Source of the DNA: a virus
Lineage: Duplodnaviria > Caudoviricetes
Reading direction: 5' to 3' (one strand)
IMG/VR virus record: IMGVR_UViG_3300032246_002701
Coordinates: 1,512 to 65,511 of that record
Length of the DNA: 64,000 nt
Shown one piece after another: positions 37,059 through 47,068 of the stretch (position 1 is its first letter; each line of letters opens with the position of its first letter). The position numbers were made by a program, and so were the translations under genes. The notes under the pieces are model-generated. The model was not told where the DNA came from. It searched no databases and saw nothing but the letters and a program-made list of their open reading frames with translations.

Positions 37059-37427
37059 ATGGAAATATTAACATTACTGTTGCTACTGCAGATCAAACAT
37101 TGTTATGCAGATTTCATGATACAGACATATGCTCAAACTGTGCGTAAGGGCATTTATCGTGATCTAGTGGGAATCAGTCATACAATGGATCACATTACTG
37201 CTACTTTAGTTGCTTTGTTTCTATTTTCAATTTGGCATCCTGTTGCTCCTTTAACTATATTATGGATAGCATTACTCGAAGGAATTGCTCACTATCATAT
37301 TGATTGGATCAAAGTGCGCTATGGCTGTAAGGATAATACCAAACCGGTCTATTGGGCAGAATTTGGTCTAGATCAACTGTCTCATCAATTGTGCTATATT
37401 TTGATAATTGGTTATCTTTTGGTGTAA
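37059..37427 (+). CDS. DUF3307-like membrane protein
   Basis: H..ADF..Q, HYHIDW.K, GLDQ..H; TATAAATA at 37030. Confidence 0.8.
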   Translation: MEILTLLLLLQIKHCYADFMIQTYAQTVRKGIYRDLVGISHTMDHITATLVALFLFSIWHPVAPLTILWIALLEGIAHYHIDWIKVRYGCKDNTKPVYWAEFGLDQLSHQLCYILIIGYLLV

Positions 37428-37491
37428 TCTACTGACTTAACCAGTTCGCAGTTCTTCTTAAATATTTAAGGAGAATACATCGGAGCGAACA

Positions 37492-37977
37492 ATGATCAAA
37501 ACTCTAGCAGCAATGGTGGGATTTATTCTTATTTCAAGTTCTGCACCACTACATGCAGAACTTGTCCACCAATTTAAAAGTCCATCTTTCAATGGCCAGG
37601 GCTGGAGCAGCCATGTTCTAACCATTGACAGTATTGAAAAAAACCGTAAAGATGCGATTGAATCTCAGAAAAAATCTGACGAAGCACGGGCATTATCTGA
37701 AGCACAAAACACACCATTGAATAGATTTTTCAATCTTTTTCAAGGGCAAGTATATGCACAACTGGCTAACCAATTAACTGATAGCCTATTTCGAAATGAT
37801 TGTAAAAATGCTCAAGGTACAATTCCAGGTTGTATAGGACCTACTACTGGAACATTTACACTAGACGGAAATACCGTGACCTGGCTCAAGAATAACAACG
37901 AAGTTACATTAACAGTGGTGGATGCAAAAGGCACAATAACCACAATGCGAGTACCTATCGCAAGTTTTGCATTTTAA
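37492..37977 (+). CDS. csgF: Curli assembly protein CsgF-like
   Basis: Signal peptide, ELVHQFKSPSFNG, F...Q.QVYAQL, G.ITTMRVP. Confidence 0.8.
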   Translation: MIKTLAAMVGFILISSSAPLHAELVHQFKSPSFNGQGWSSHVLTIDSIEKNRKDAIESQKKSDEARALSEAQNTPLNRFFNLFQGQVYAQLANQLTDSLFRNDCKNAQGTIPGCIGPTTGTFTLDGNTVTWLKNNNEVTLTVVDAKGTITTMRVPIASFAF

Positions 37978-37986
37978 GGACTATAA

Positions 37987-38802
37987 ATGAAACTATCAAA
38001 ACTTTTACTAACTTCTTTGATGTCATTTATGTTAATCGGATGTAACACTGTACGACCTTTGCAGGAAATATCAATTACTGATCAGCCTGTAGTTTCGACA
38101 ACTATATCTAGAGAATTTTCTCGTGCTCCTAGGCCTGCAGGCCCTCCTATAGCAATTGCGGTTTATGGGTTTAAAGATCTAACAGGACAGCGTAAGCCGT
38201 CCGCTAATCTAAGTTTATTTTCAACGGCCGTCACTCAAGGTGCCGAGTCGTATTTGATTAGAAGTTTACAAGAAGTAGGAAACCGCCAATGGTTTACTGT
38301 AGTAGAAAGAGTGGGCCTGGATAATCTACTAAAAGAACGGCAGATGATCAAACAGACTAGAGAAATCTATGATGGTGCTAATGCCAAGGCATTACCCCCG
38401 CTTACACTGGCTGGCGTGATATTAGACGGTGGTATCATCGACTATAATACTAATACTCGAACTGGAGGTACTGGGGCTCGATGGTTAGGTATAGGCCCAA
38501 GCACACAGTATACACAAGATCTTGTAGTGATCAGTCTAAGATTAATCAGCGTTCAAACTGGAGAAGTTTTGACCACTGTAACAGTTGAAAAAAATCTTTT
38601 GAGTACAGCAGAAAGTTTAACAGTAATGAAGTTTTTTAATCAGGCAACTCGTGCCTTTGAATTTGACAGCGGCCAAACATACAACGAGCCGACTACATAC
38701 GCATTAAGATCTGCTATTGAACAGGCCGTTTTAGAATTGATCAGTAGCGGAGAAAAAACAGGTTTATGGAAAACTATTCAAAATAACACTAGGAGTAAGT
38801 AA
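37987..38802 (+). CDS. csgG: Curli secretion channel CsgG
   Basis: Lipobox LIGC, VY.FKDLTGQRKP, STAVTQGA, WF.VVER.GL.NLLKERQMI, TGGTGARWLGIG, NEP. Confidence 0.93.
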   Translation: MKLSKLLLTSLMSFMLIGCNTVRPLQEISITDQPVVSTTISREFSRAPRPAGPPIAIAVYGFKDLTGQRKPSANLSLFSTAVTQGAESYLIRSLQEVGNRQWFTVVERVGLDNLLKERQMIKQTREIYDGANAKALPPLTLAGVILDGGIIDYNTNTRTGGTGARWLGIGPSTQYTQDLVVISLRLISVQTGEVLTTVTVEKNLLSTAESLTVMKFFNQATRAFEFDSGQTYNEPTTYALRSAIEQAVLELISSGEKTGLWKTIQNNTRSK

Positions 38803-39590
38803 TGAAAAAAATAGTATTAGCATTAGCATTAGGAATAGCATTTTCAGCAAGTGCACAGACTCAGGTTGCAGCCCCAATTGCTCCTGCTGTACCTAGTACA
38901 GTAACAGTTAGTCCAAATGCTGCAGCAGCACTAGCCAGTCAATCAACAAATCGTGTGTTTATTGATCAAAGCGGTATTAATCCCGATGTTAATATAACAC
39001 AGGACGGATCAGGTAATCGAGTGGGCAATATTAACCGCCCTATGTATCTTAGAGGTGCTGATCAAAAGGTAGTCACTATTCAAGAAGGTACTAACAATCA
39101 AATTGACCTTTCGGTAGTTAATCCAAGTGTAGGCGAGACTGTAGGGGCCACTGTTACTATTCGACAGTTAGGAAATAGTAATTCAGTTGACGCTGCTTGC
39201 GGGTCGGGTACTGCCAGCGATGGGATCACTAATCTTTCTGGATGTAAAGACGCTAATCTAAATTGGAAATTTGACGGTAATAGCAACAGTTTACAATTTC
39301 GCGGTACAGGTGATTCGCTACGCAGCTCTATCGATGTTGCTGGAAATGGCAATATTTTCATTGTTGACGCATTAGGCAACAACCAAAGTCAAACTATTAC
39401 AGTTTTAGGAAACGACAACACTTTTAATCTAAAACAGAACAGCACAGGTGCAAGCGGATCGAGCATTCTTATTGATCAAAATGGAACCGGTGCTATCTAC
39501 AATATACAGCAAAGCGGTAATATTGACAATGTGGTCAATATCAAGTCTGTGGCCACAGGTGGATCATTTAATATTTTACAGAAAAACTAA
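38802..39590 (+). CDS. Curlin-like repeat secreted protein
   Basis: Signal peptide; repeats IDQSG, ITQDGSGN, IQEGTNN, IRQLGNSN, IQQSG. Confidence 0.75.
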   Translation: MKKIVLALALGIAFSASAQTQVAAPIAPAVPSTVTVSPNAAAALASQSTNRVFIDQSGINPDVNITQDGSGNRVGNINRPMYLRGADQKVVTIQEGTNNQIDLSVVNPSVGETVGATVTIRQLGNSNSVDAACGSGTASDGITNLSGCKDANLNWKFDGNSNSLQFRGTGDSLRSSIDVAGNGNIFIVDALGNNQSQTITVLGNDNTFNLKQNSTGASGSSILIDQNGTGAIYNIQQSGNIDNVVNIKSVATGGSFNILQKN

Positions 39591-39599
39591 GGAATATCT

Positions 39600-40661
39600 G
39601 TGAAATGGCTTACTATAGTTTTACTATTGATCAGTAACTGGGCTTGGGCCGATATCGGCTCAGTTACTGATCTTTTAGGCACGGCCATAATCAAACGAGG
39701 TCGAGAAACTATAACACTAGTTAACGGTACAGTAGTAGCACTCAACGATAAAGTAGAAACAAAAAACGGTAAGGTAAAAATAACATTCAAAGATAATACC
39801 ACAGTATCTGTAACAGAGAATAGTAGCCTAGTTATTGATGATTTCGTCTATGATCCTAAAAGCAACTCGGGCAAACTGAACCTAAAAGCAGCCAGCGGCA
39901 CAGTTCGTTATGTTAGTGGTGCTATCGCACATAACGATCCTAAATCAGTAAACATTAAAACACCTACAGCAGCCATCGCGGTACGAGGCACTGATTTTAT
40001 CATGAGTGTTAACGAAATTGGTTCTAGTATGATCATATTAATGCCTAACTGCGAAGATGATGTAAAATGTGGAACTGGGGAGATTGATGTAGAGAGCGGA
40101 TTTAAAATGGTTAATATGAATCAGGCATTCCAGGCGACTATCGTTGAGACTTTAGGAGCGGAACCCAGTCCTCCCATGATAGTTAATCTTATTAATTCCC
40201 CGATAGGAAATAATCTGCAGATAATACCTCCAAAGACTACAGGAGGAGTTAGTATTGTGTCTGCTGCTAGATCTGCTGCTGATAAGACAGGATATCGAAA
40301 AGACCAAGGAAACAAAGATTCTGAAGAGCAAGAAAAATCGGCAGCGGCAAACTCTAACGCACAGCCAAAGCAGGAACAGACCGAGATCATAATCGAACCT
40401 CCTGCCGGTGAAGAAAAGATTACCGCAATCAGCACAGGTATTCCATATCTATATTCTCTCTGGAAAGATCGATCAGAACAACAACAGATCGGCTGGTTAT
40501 ACGAAGTACTAAGTCCTAGTCTCAAAAATTATGTAAATATTGTAGTTCCTGCATCTAATCGAGCAGAAATAATTGTTACACAGAATTCAGAAACTAACAG
40601 TTATTCTTTTGGCCTTGATAAACCCGTAGGCAGAATTGTAGTTAATCAAACATATAGATGA
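39600..40661 (+). CDS. FecR-domain periplasmic protein
   Basis: D.VET..G...I.F.D.T......NS.L.IDDFVYDP; IKTPTAAIAVRGTDF. Confidence 0.85.
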   Translation: MKWLTIVLLLISNWAWADIGSVTDLLGTAIIKRGRETITLVNGTVVALNDKVETKNGKVKITFKDNTTVSVTENSSLVIDDFVYDPKSNSGKLNLKAASGTVRYVSGAIAHNDPKSVNIKTPTAAIAVRGTDFIMSVNEIGSSMIILMPNCEDDVKCGTGEIDVESGFKMVNMNQAFQATIVETLGAEPSPPMIVNLINSPIGNNLQIIPPKTTGGVSIVSAARSAADKTGYRKDQGNKDSEEQEKSAAANSNAQPKQEQTEIIIEPPAGEEKITAISTGIPYLYSLWKDRSEQQQIGWLYEVLSPSLKNYVNIVVPASNRAEIIVTQNSETNSYSFGLDKPVGRIVVNQTYR

Positions 40662-41158
40662 AACATATTTTACTTTTAATTCTTATGTTTTCACAGATCT
40701 GTTTAGCAGCAGACAATTCTGTCTATATAGATCAAAGACCCGGCAGTGCTGATAATTCTATCACTATAGAACAAACAGTTCATAACTCCGGAAAAAACTC
40801 CACCGATATAACTATTACTGGAATAAGCAATAATGGTACAGTAAATCAAACTGCTAATTCCTCTGCTTATCATAATTTTACAGCAGTGATTACAGGAAAT
40901 ACAAACACATTCAATATTACTCAAAGTGGAAACGCCGGACATGTTTTAGAGTTAACATTGTCGGGTAATGGTCATTCTGCTACTGTTACACAACAGGGTA
41001 ATAATAGTCACCAGGCCAATGTAACCTTGATCAATGCCGGCGGTGCATCTAACTTAAATCTCAATCAGCAAAGCAATACTGGACAAAACTACAGTCTAAT
41101 TCAACAGTGTGCTAATTCTGCAGGTTGTTCAGTGTCAGTAACACAGAGCGGTCAATAA
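40658..41158 (+). CDS. Curlin-like repeat protein (CsgB/CsgA-like)
   Basis: Signal peptide; N/Q/G-rich repeats ITQSGN, VTQQGNN, LNQQ, VTQ. Confidence 0.75.
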   Translation: MKHILLLILMFSQICLAADNSVYIDQRPGSADNSITIEQTVHNSGKNSTDITITGISNNGTVNQTANSSAYHNFTAVITGNTNTFNITQSGNAGHVLELTLSGNGHSATVTQQGNNSHQANVTLINAGGASNLNLNQQSNTGQNYSLIQQCANSAGCSVSVTQSGQ

Positions 41159-41166
41159 ATAACTAT

Positions 41167-43218
41167 ATGAAAAAAGTTTTTCTCAATCCTTGGATGGCCG
41201 CAATAACACTGTTGCTGGTATTGATTATTCGTGTGCTAGATCCCAGTTTTGTTGAATCAGTTAGGCTACGTTATTTTGATCAGTTGGTTACTAGTCAGCC
41301 TATACAGGATATACCAGTTAATGTAGTAAACATAGATGAACAGACACTAGATCGATTCGGTCAGTTTCCATTTCCTCGAGATATCTATGCTAAAATTATT
41401 CGAACCCTTTATGATCGAGGTGCTGGTCTAGTTGTATTCAATGTGCTAATGCCCGAGCCAGATCGATTTAATAAAGATGCTGAATTAGCATTGACAATAG
41501 AAAAAAATCCTGTTGTATTGCCTACACTGGGGCATACTAAACAAAAGAACACCAGTCGAGAACACTTTGCCACTGTGGTCGGTCAAGACCCTGCAGATAG
41601 GATTGTAGAATATCCCGGATTAATTGCCAATGTAGAACGACTGGAGCAGGCTGCGGCTGGGGTAGGCATAGTTAACACCTTTCCCGAGATTGACGGAGTA
41701 GTTCGCCGAACTCCCCTAATCATAATGAGTCAGGAAAAACTATATCCCAGCCTAGCACTAGAAACTCTACGTGTGGCTGCTGGCGATAATGCCTTTCAAG
41801 TTAAAATCGGTCATGAAGGTGTAGATGCTGTACGTGTTCCCAAGTTTGGAAAAATTACCACAGATGCGCTGGGAAGAATTTGGATTGACTGGAGTCAACA
41901 GGCCAAACAGTATAGTCTTGCTCAACTGCCCGAAACCTTCAATGGTGAAATAGTTATTGTGGGTGTTAGTGCAGCAGGATTGGTTAATCCAATAGCGACT
42001 GCTCGTGGAGAAGTGTGGCCGCAGGATGTTCAGGCTGCTGTACTTGGCACAATGTTGTCAGGTACCACAATACAGCGGCCTGAATGGGTAGAGCAGGGAG
42101 AGATCGTGTCCCTGTTAGTTGCTGGATTTTTAGTGATATTTTTAGGGAGATGGACTTATGCATTTATTCCAGTTATTGCTGTTCTTGGGGCTAGTCATTT
42201 TATCGTGCTACATATATACGCCCAGTACCACTACCTCGTCGATATTACGTGGTTTATTTGCGGTACTGGTTTGGTATATGCTCATGCCTATACTGTAAAG
42301 TTTGTCAGTGAATTTTTACAGAAACAACAGATACGCAAACAGTTTCAAAGTTATCTCAGTCCAGACCTAGTGGCCAAGTTGGTCAAAGATCCTAGTTTAT
42401 TAAAACTGGGCGGCGAAGAAAAAGAACTAAGCATAATGTTCACAGATGTACGCGGGTTTACCAGTATCAGTGAGCACTATGGTAAAGATGTACAGGGTCT
42501 GACTAAAATTATGAATCGTTATATGACTGCGATGACTCGCAGGATTCTAGAGAATGATGGCACATTGGACAAATACATCGGTGACGCACAGATGGCATTT
42601 TGGAATGCACCATTGGACGAAACACAACACTGTAAAGATGCAGTTAAAGCAGCATTGGAAATGCTTGTAGATTTAAGGAGTTTTAATGAAGAAATTAGCA
42701 AGGAAGGTATTCCTGCCTTTGGCATGGGCCTTGGCATTAATACTGGGGTTGTTGTGGTTGGTAACATGGGTAGCGAACAAAGGTTTGACTATACTTGTCT
42801 TGGAGATGCGGTCAATCTTGCTTCCAGACTAGAAGGTCAAAGCAAGAACTACGGTGTAGATATCGTTCTAGGTCCTATTACAGCAGAACGATTAGGTGAT
42901 ACATATTTCACAGTACACTTAGATAAAATTGCTGTCAAGGGTAAGAAACAGGGTGTAGACATCTATACGGTATTTTATAATCCCAAAGATTCCGATGCTG
43001 CCGAATGGCGCCGATGCAAGAAGGTACACAACAATATGTTAAATTGCTATCGAGAAAAAAATTGGGATTTAGCAGCCAGTTTAATCCCTGGACTAAAAGG
43101 TGCGTTTAATGGCGGGTTAGATCACTACTACGACATATGGTTAGAGCGCATTGAAGAGATGCGTGTTAAGGATTTACCCAACGATTGGGATGGAACTTAT
43201 TATGCTACCGGTAAGTAG
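41167..43218 (+). CDS. CHASE2-domain class III adenylate/guanylate cyclase
   Basis: IDE.TL...GQFPFPR, DGVVRR, three TM helices, FTDVRGFT, DKYIGDA.MAFWNAP, GINTG, GDAVNLASRLE, VKGK. Confidence 0.93.
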   Translation: MKKVFLNPWMAAITLLLVLIIRVLDPSFVESVRLRYFDQLVTSQPIQDIPVNVVNIDEQTLDRFGQFPFPRDIYAKIIRTLYDRGAGLVVFNVLMPEPDRFNKDAELALTIEKNPVVLPTLGHTKQKNTSREHFATVVGQDPADRIVEYPGLIANVERLEQAAAGVGIVNTFPEIDGVVRRTPLIIMSQEKLYPSLALETLRVAAGDNAFQVKIGHEGVDAVRVPKFGKITTDALGRIWIDWSQQAKQYSLAQLPETFNGEIVIVGVSAAGLVNPIATARGEVWPQDVQAAVLGTMLSGTTIQRPEWVEQGEIVSLLVAGFLVIFLGRWTYAFIPVIAVLGASHFIVLHIYAQYHYLVDITWFICGTGLVYAHAYTVKFVSEFLQKQQIRKQFQSYLSPDLVAKLVKDPSLLKLGGEEKELSIMFTDVRGFTSISEHYGKDVQGLTKIMNRYMTAMTRRILENDGTLDKYIGDAQMAFWNAPLDETQHCKDAVKAALEMLVDLRSFNEEISKEGIPAFGMGLGINTGVVVVGNMGSEQRFDYTCLGDAVNLASRLEGQSKNYGVDIVLGPITAERLGDTYFTVHLDKIAVKGKKQGVDIYTVFYNPKDSDAAEWRRCKKVHNNMLNCYREKNWDLAASLIPGLKGAFNGGLDHYYDIWLERIEEMRVKDLPNDWDGTYYATGK

Positions 43219-43516
43219 AATTTTATTTTTATCTTGTTTGATTGCAATGAGCAATGTTTATGCACAAACAGAGCACAGCATAGAACCTAAGATTCCCCTT
43301 AAAAAACCCGAACCGCCTATCCCTGCTCCGCCGCCTGCAATGATGATTAAGCCTATCCCTGCTCCGCCGCCTGCGGGATCAGCACCACCTAGTTTAATAA
43401 AAAAACCATTTCGTGTGTGTAGTGAGACACAAACTCCAGCAAATGACAATTGTGTCCAATTAGAGCCTACTGCTGCCGGAACCATAAGAGGGCATACAGA
43501 TGACGCTGATGAATGA
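43202..43516 (+). CDS. Proline-rich secreted hypothetical protein
   Basis: Signal-like N-terminus; PIPAPPPA twice (24-nt repeat at 43315-43338 and 43351-43374). Confidence 0.5.
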   Translation: MLPVSRILFLSCLIAMSNVYAQTEHSIEPKIPLKKPEPPIPAPPPAMMIKPIPAPPPAGSAPPSLIKKPFRVCSETQTPANDNCVQLEPTAAGTIRGHTDDADE

Positions 43517-43645
43517 CATTCTTGAAGAAGTATATGGACCGTGGTTAGACGAATACACTAGAGTAGTTTTACTTTGCTATTTCTGGCCTTCGTTTCTAAT
43601 GGGCAACCTAGAGTCTATGCTGCCAAAAGATCTGTCAAAAGCATT

Positions 43646-43921
43646 TCAAGCATAGGTTTCTTGTTGAGGAGTATAATTTTCTTGGTGTACTAACTCCCCT
43701 TCGTCATTGTAAATCTTAACAAGATGAACTTTTTTTGACCGCATTGATGCAAAATTTTTTGCTTCTAAAAAAGACTCAACCCAATATTCTTCAGTGGTCA
43801 AAACCCCATTCTTCCAAACCTGAGTTCTTAGTCTGAACTTTTCTCTATTGTCGCCCTGTTCTTGCTTATGATGCCCTCGATCGTGATCGTGATCGTTTTT
43901 TTTATTTTTATGATCTGACAT
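43646..43921 (-). CDS. Hypothetical protein with His-rich N-terminus
   Basis: MSDHK..DHDHDRGHH; AAGGA RBS. Confidence 0.55.
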   Translation of the reverse strand: MSDHKNKKNDHDHDRGHHKQEQGDNREKFRLRTQVWKNGVLTTEEYWVESFLEAKNFASMRSKKVHLVKIYNDEGELVHQENYTPQQETYA

Positions 43922-43925
43922 ATTA

Positions 43926-44984
43926 TTAGTCCTTTGTATTAAAGTAGTCAAACCAAACGTCTAATGTTTTATCGGTATAATTTTTTAGGCTTATTTGGTG
44001 TGCCCATATATTTAACCTTGGAAATTTATAAGCCATCATCAGTTTATTTGAAATATTTTTACTGTCAGTTGGATCTGCATTGAATACTGGTATAGCCCAG
44101 GGAATTTCTTTACTGCCTACTAACGGTACACCTTGAGAAATAATATCTGCACCTACTATATTGAATGTTTCACTAAAACTTACTTGTAGACCTATATCCA
44201 TACTGGCACATATCTTAAGGAAATCTTCTCTAGGACACCATTGATGATTTATTAATTCGTGTCCTGAACCGTGTATCTGTTGGAAAAACCCTCGAATATT
44301 ATTAAGAACAGGCTGTCCCTGCATTTCAATACGGCCAGCATTAATGTGAAATCTTAATTTTTTACCGATTCTTTCTGCAAAATCCAATGCAGCAAATATT
44401 TGAACCATGTGATTTTTTAGTGGTCGAACGGCACCGAAACAGCCAATGTCTATAGTATCCTTGTTTCGATTAAATGATTTTTTTACATAATCTTGCGGAT
44501 AAAAATTTGGCAAATAAATCACCTTTTGATTAGTAGTTTTTTTATCCCAATTATTTAAATGCTGCAAATACAGTCTGACTTCTCTTAAAAATCTCGGAGC
44601 ATTGCAGGCTAAAACTATATTTTTAAACCTACTATAATCACCTAGCCAATCCATAGCCATACCTTCGCCGGCCATAAATGGTGTTTCGCTATGCAGTCTT
44701 ATGATCCATTTTACTTTTGGATGAAGTCTCTGTAGTATTTCAAATTTAGTAGGAACAACCCATAGTGCTTCAATAATTACATGAGTAGGGCGAAATGCTG
44801 TAACTTCTCTGTCAATATCGTTATTATCTTTGACCACAATTAGTTTTGAGTCGATTCCGATATTGTTTAACATATCATTAACAAAACTTGCTGAATTATA
44901 AAGACCTGTACTAAGTCCTATATGAGAATGTACAATGGCACTATAGTCTTCTCTACGCTTAAGAATAAAGAGCACTCTTGACAT
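43926..44984 (-). CDS. GT-B fold glycosyltransferase-like protein
   Basis: IGCFGAVRPLKNH; SFSETFNIVGAD...GVPLV. Confidence 0.7.
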   Translation of the reverse strand: MSRVLFILKRREDYSAIVHSHIGLSTGLYNSASFVNDMLNNIGIDSKLIVVKDNNDIDREVTAFRPTHVIIEALWVVPTKFEILQRLHPKVKWIIRLHSETPFMAGEGMAMDWLGDYSRFKNIVLACNAPRFLREVRLYLQHLNNWDKKTTNQKVIYLPNFYPQDYVKKSFNRNKDTIDIGCFGAVRPLKNHMVQIFAALDFAERIGKKLRFHINAGRIEMQGQPVLNNIRGFFQQIHGSGHELINHQWCPREDFLKICASMDIGLQVSFSETFNIVGADIISQGVPLVGSKEIPWAIPVFNADPTDSKNISNKLMMAYKFPRLNIWAHQISLKNYTDKTLDVWFDYFNTKD

Positions 44985-45047
44985 ATTATTTTCCCCGAGT
45001 TGGTTATGCAATCTACTTTATTTAATCTTTTTTATGTTACAATCCAA

Positions 45048-45752
45048 TTACAATTTTATTTTTGCCAGTCCAAGGAATTCAAATATACGTAGGTATATCC
45101 AGCCAATGTCAAATTCCCACCATTTATGGCTAAGTTTAGCACTGGCCGGATCGGCATGATGATTATTGTGTAACTCTTCTCCTCCGATTATTATACCCCA
45201 GGGAATTATATTAGTAGACCGATCATCGGTATTGGTGTTCCTATATCCCCACCAGTGTCCTAACCCGTTAATTACTCCGGCCGCCCAAAAAGGAATCCAA
45301 ATCATTTGAACTGACCAAACTAAAATGCCCCACCATCCAAAAAGAACAAGATCCAAGATCAACATTAAGGCAATGCCTAGGTGTGGATATGGGGTATAAA
45401 CGTTTCTTTCTATCCAATCATCAGGAGTTCCCTTTCCAAAATTCATGATCATCTTGGAGTTTTTTCCTGCTAGATGATAATATCGAACACCTTTGAGAAG
45501 AATATTCCAAATACCATACACATGAGGGCTATGGGGATCTCCGGAAATGTCAGTATCTTTATGGTGCTTACGATGTATAGCCACCCATTGTTTAGTGATC
45601 ATTCCTGTGGTTAACCATAACCATGCTCTCATAAAATGACTCAAAATAGGATGGAATTCAACCCCTCTATGAGCCTGGCTTCTATGGAGATAGAGTGTAA
45701 CTGAGATAATAGTGATGTGTGTCATCACCAGTGTTGATAGAATTGTTAGCAT
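45048..45752 (-). CDS. Delta-9 fatty acid desaturase (DesA-like)
   Basis: His boxes LHRSQAH, HRKHH, HNNHH; DPHSP; EFDIGW. Confidence 0.92.
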   Translation of the reverse strand: MLTILSTLVMTHITIISVTLYLHRSQAHRGVEFHPILSHFMRAWLWLTTGMITKQWVAIHRKHHKDTDISGDPHSPHVYGIWNILLKGVRYYHLAGKNSKMIMNFGKGTPDDWIERNVYTPYPHLGIALMLILDLVLFGWWGILVWSVQMIWIPFWAAGVINGLGHWWGYRNTNTDDRSTNIIPWGIIIGGEELHNNHHADPASAKLSHKWWEFDIGWIYLRIFEFLGLAKIKL

Positions 45753-45759
45753 CTAGTAT

Positions 45760-46083
45760 TTAACCAGATCCGCCGGCGGCTTCTTTTTCTTCATCGGTTT
45801 TTGGCATACTATTAATCTGTTCATCAGCAATAATACGCTCTTTTTCGATAGTTTTACCTCGAAGTTGTAGAACAGTTTCTACCTTTTGATTCAATCTTAT
45901 CATGTCATTATCTAACATACGAATGCGATCAATAAGAGCAATCAGTGTACTATTAGCCTGGCTAATTACAGGCTTAACTTCTTTGGTTACCCACCCCCAC
46001 ACATAATATACAAAATAACCAAGTCCACCTGCAGCAATAATTGGAAAACCATACTTATTAATAAGATCTGCAATGTTTTCCAT
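45760..46083 (-). CDS. Membrane/coiled-coil protein (YvrJ/holin-like)
   Basis: YGFPIIAA N-terminal TM; paralogue of the adjacent gene. Confidence 0.6.
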   Translation of the reverse strand: MENIADLINKYGFPIIAAGGLGYFVYYVWGWVTKEVKPVISQANSTLIALIDRIRMLDNDMIRLNQKVETVLQLRGKTIEKERIIADEQINSMPKTDEEKEAAGGSG

Positions 46084-46084
46084 A

Positions 46085-46360
46085 TTAGTCTTTCCTTTGG
46101 TCTATTTGTTCTGCACGACTAATTCGATCATAATCTGGTTGTAGTCCCAGAGCATGACTAACCTTGACATCAATACGTTGAAGTTGATTGGTCATAGTAT
46201 CAACCCTTGCATCTAATCCCTTAATAATGCTGCCCATTCCGTTGACACTAGAAGTAACTCCAGCCAATATAAATTTTAGTGTAAGAAAAACAAAATATCC
46301 TGCGGCCAGTGCTGCTGCAATAGGAAACCCTACTTCGGATACTAATTTTAAAAAATCCAT
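46085..46360 (-). CDS. Membrane/coiled-coil protein (YvrJ/holin-like)
   Basis: VGFPIAAA N-terminal TM. Confidence 0.6.
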   Translation of the reverse strand: MDFLKLVSEVGFPIAAALAAGYFVFLTLKFILAGVTSSVNGMGSIIKGLDARVDTMTNQLQRIDVKVSHALGLQPDYDRISRAEQIDQRKD

Positions 46361-46440
46361 GGTAGTTTCACTCCTGTATGCTACTATTTACAGAGGAAAT
46401 AAATATTTAAAAATACATATATAATGGATAGGATTATAAT

Positions 46441-47064
46441 ATGAAAGTAGGAATAGTATTAACTGGGATATCTTTTTTAAATATCCCCGAGGCAGTTAAT
46501 CGAGACTGGAGATTAAACAAAGACAATCTAAATCAAAATTTAATAAATTCGTTTGCTAAATCAAATGATGTAAGTGTATACGTCGCAACCTACAATCATT
46601 CTTCTTTACCTGAACTATTAGATTTTTATAAACCTAAGAAAAGTTTAATACTACCGTTTGAAGGTGCTCATCAGAGAACTACCTATATCGAAAGTATGAA
46701 ACAACTAATCACAGAAGATCTTGACTTTATTGTTAGTACTAGATTTGATATTCATTTTAATTCGAGAGTCGAAGAATGGTATTTTGATTACGATAAATTT
46801 AACTTTATTTTTAGAGAAATAGAACCCCATTGGACTAACGATCAATTCACCGGGGACGTATTATACGGTTTTCCAAAAAAATATTTGGCAAGTTTTATAG
46901 AATCTATCACGAGAGAGCACCAAACACCGTATAGAGACGGACCAGATCTTCATCCAGTATATAGGCACCTATCAGCATTAATAGGATTGCCTAATATAAA
47001 GTTTTTGTTTGAAGGTACACACAACAGTAATAGAAATCCTTTTTATGATCTTGTAAGATCTTAA
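46441..47064 (+). CDS. Hypothetical glycan-locus protein (possible glycosyltransferase)
   Basis: MKVGIVLTG...YKPKK...DFIVSTRFD; paralogue of 62627-63328. Confidence 0.55.
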   Translation: MKVGIVLTGISFLNIPEAVNRDWRLNKDNLNQNLINSFAKSNDVSVYVATYNHSSLPELLDFYKPKKSLILPFEGAHQRTTYIESMKQLITEDLDFIVSTRFDIHFNSRVEEWYFDYDKFNFIFREIEPHWTNDQFTGDVLYGFPKKYLASFIESITREHQTPYRDGPDLHPVYRHLSALIGLPNIKFLFEGTHNSNRNPFYDLVRS

Positions 47065-47068
47065 TTTG

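Noticed and set aside
43315-43374. 24-nt direct repeat as a mobile or regulatory element
   Set aside because: In-frame duplication encoding PIPAPPPA within a Pro-rich protein
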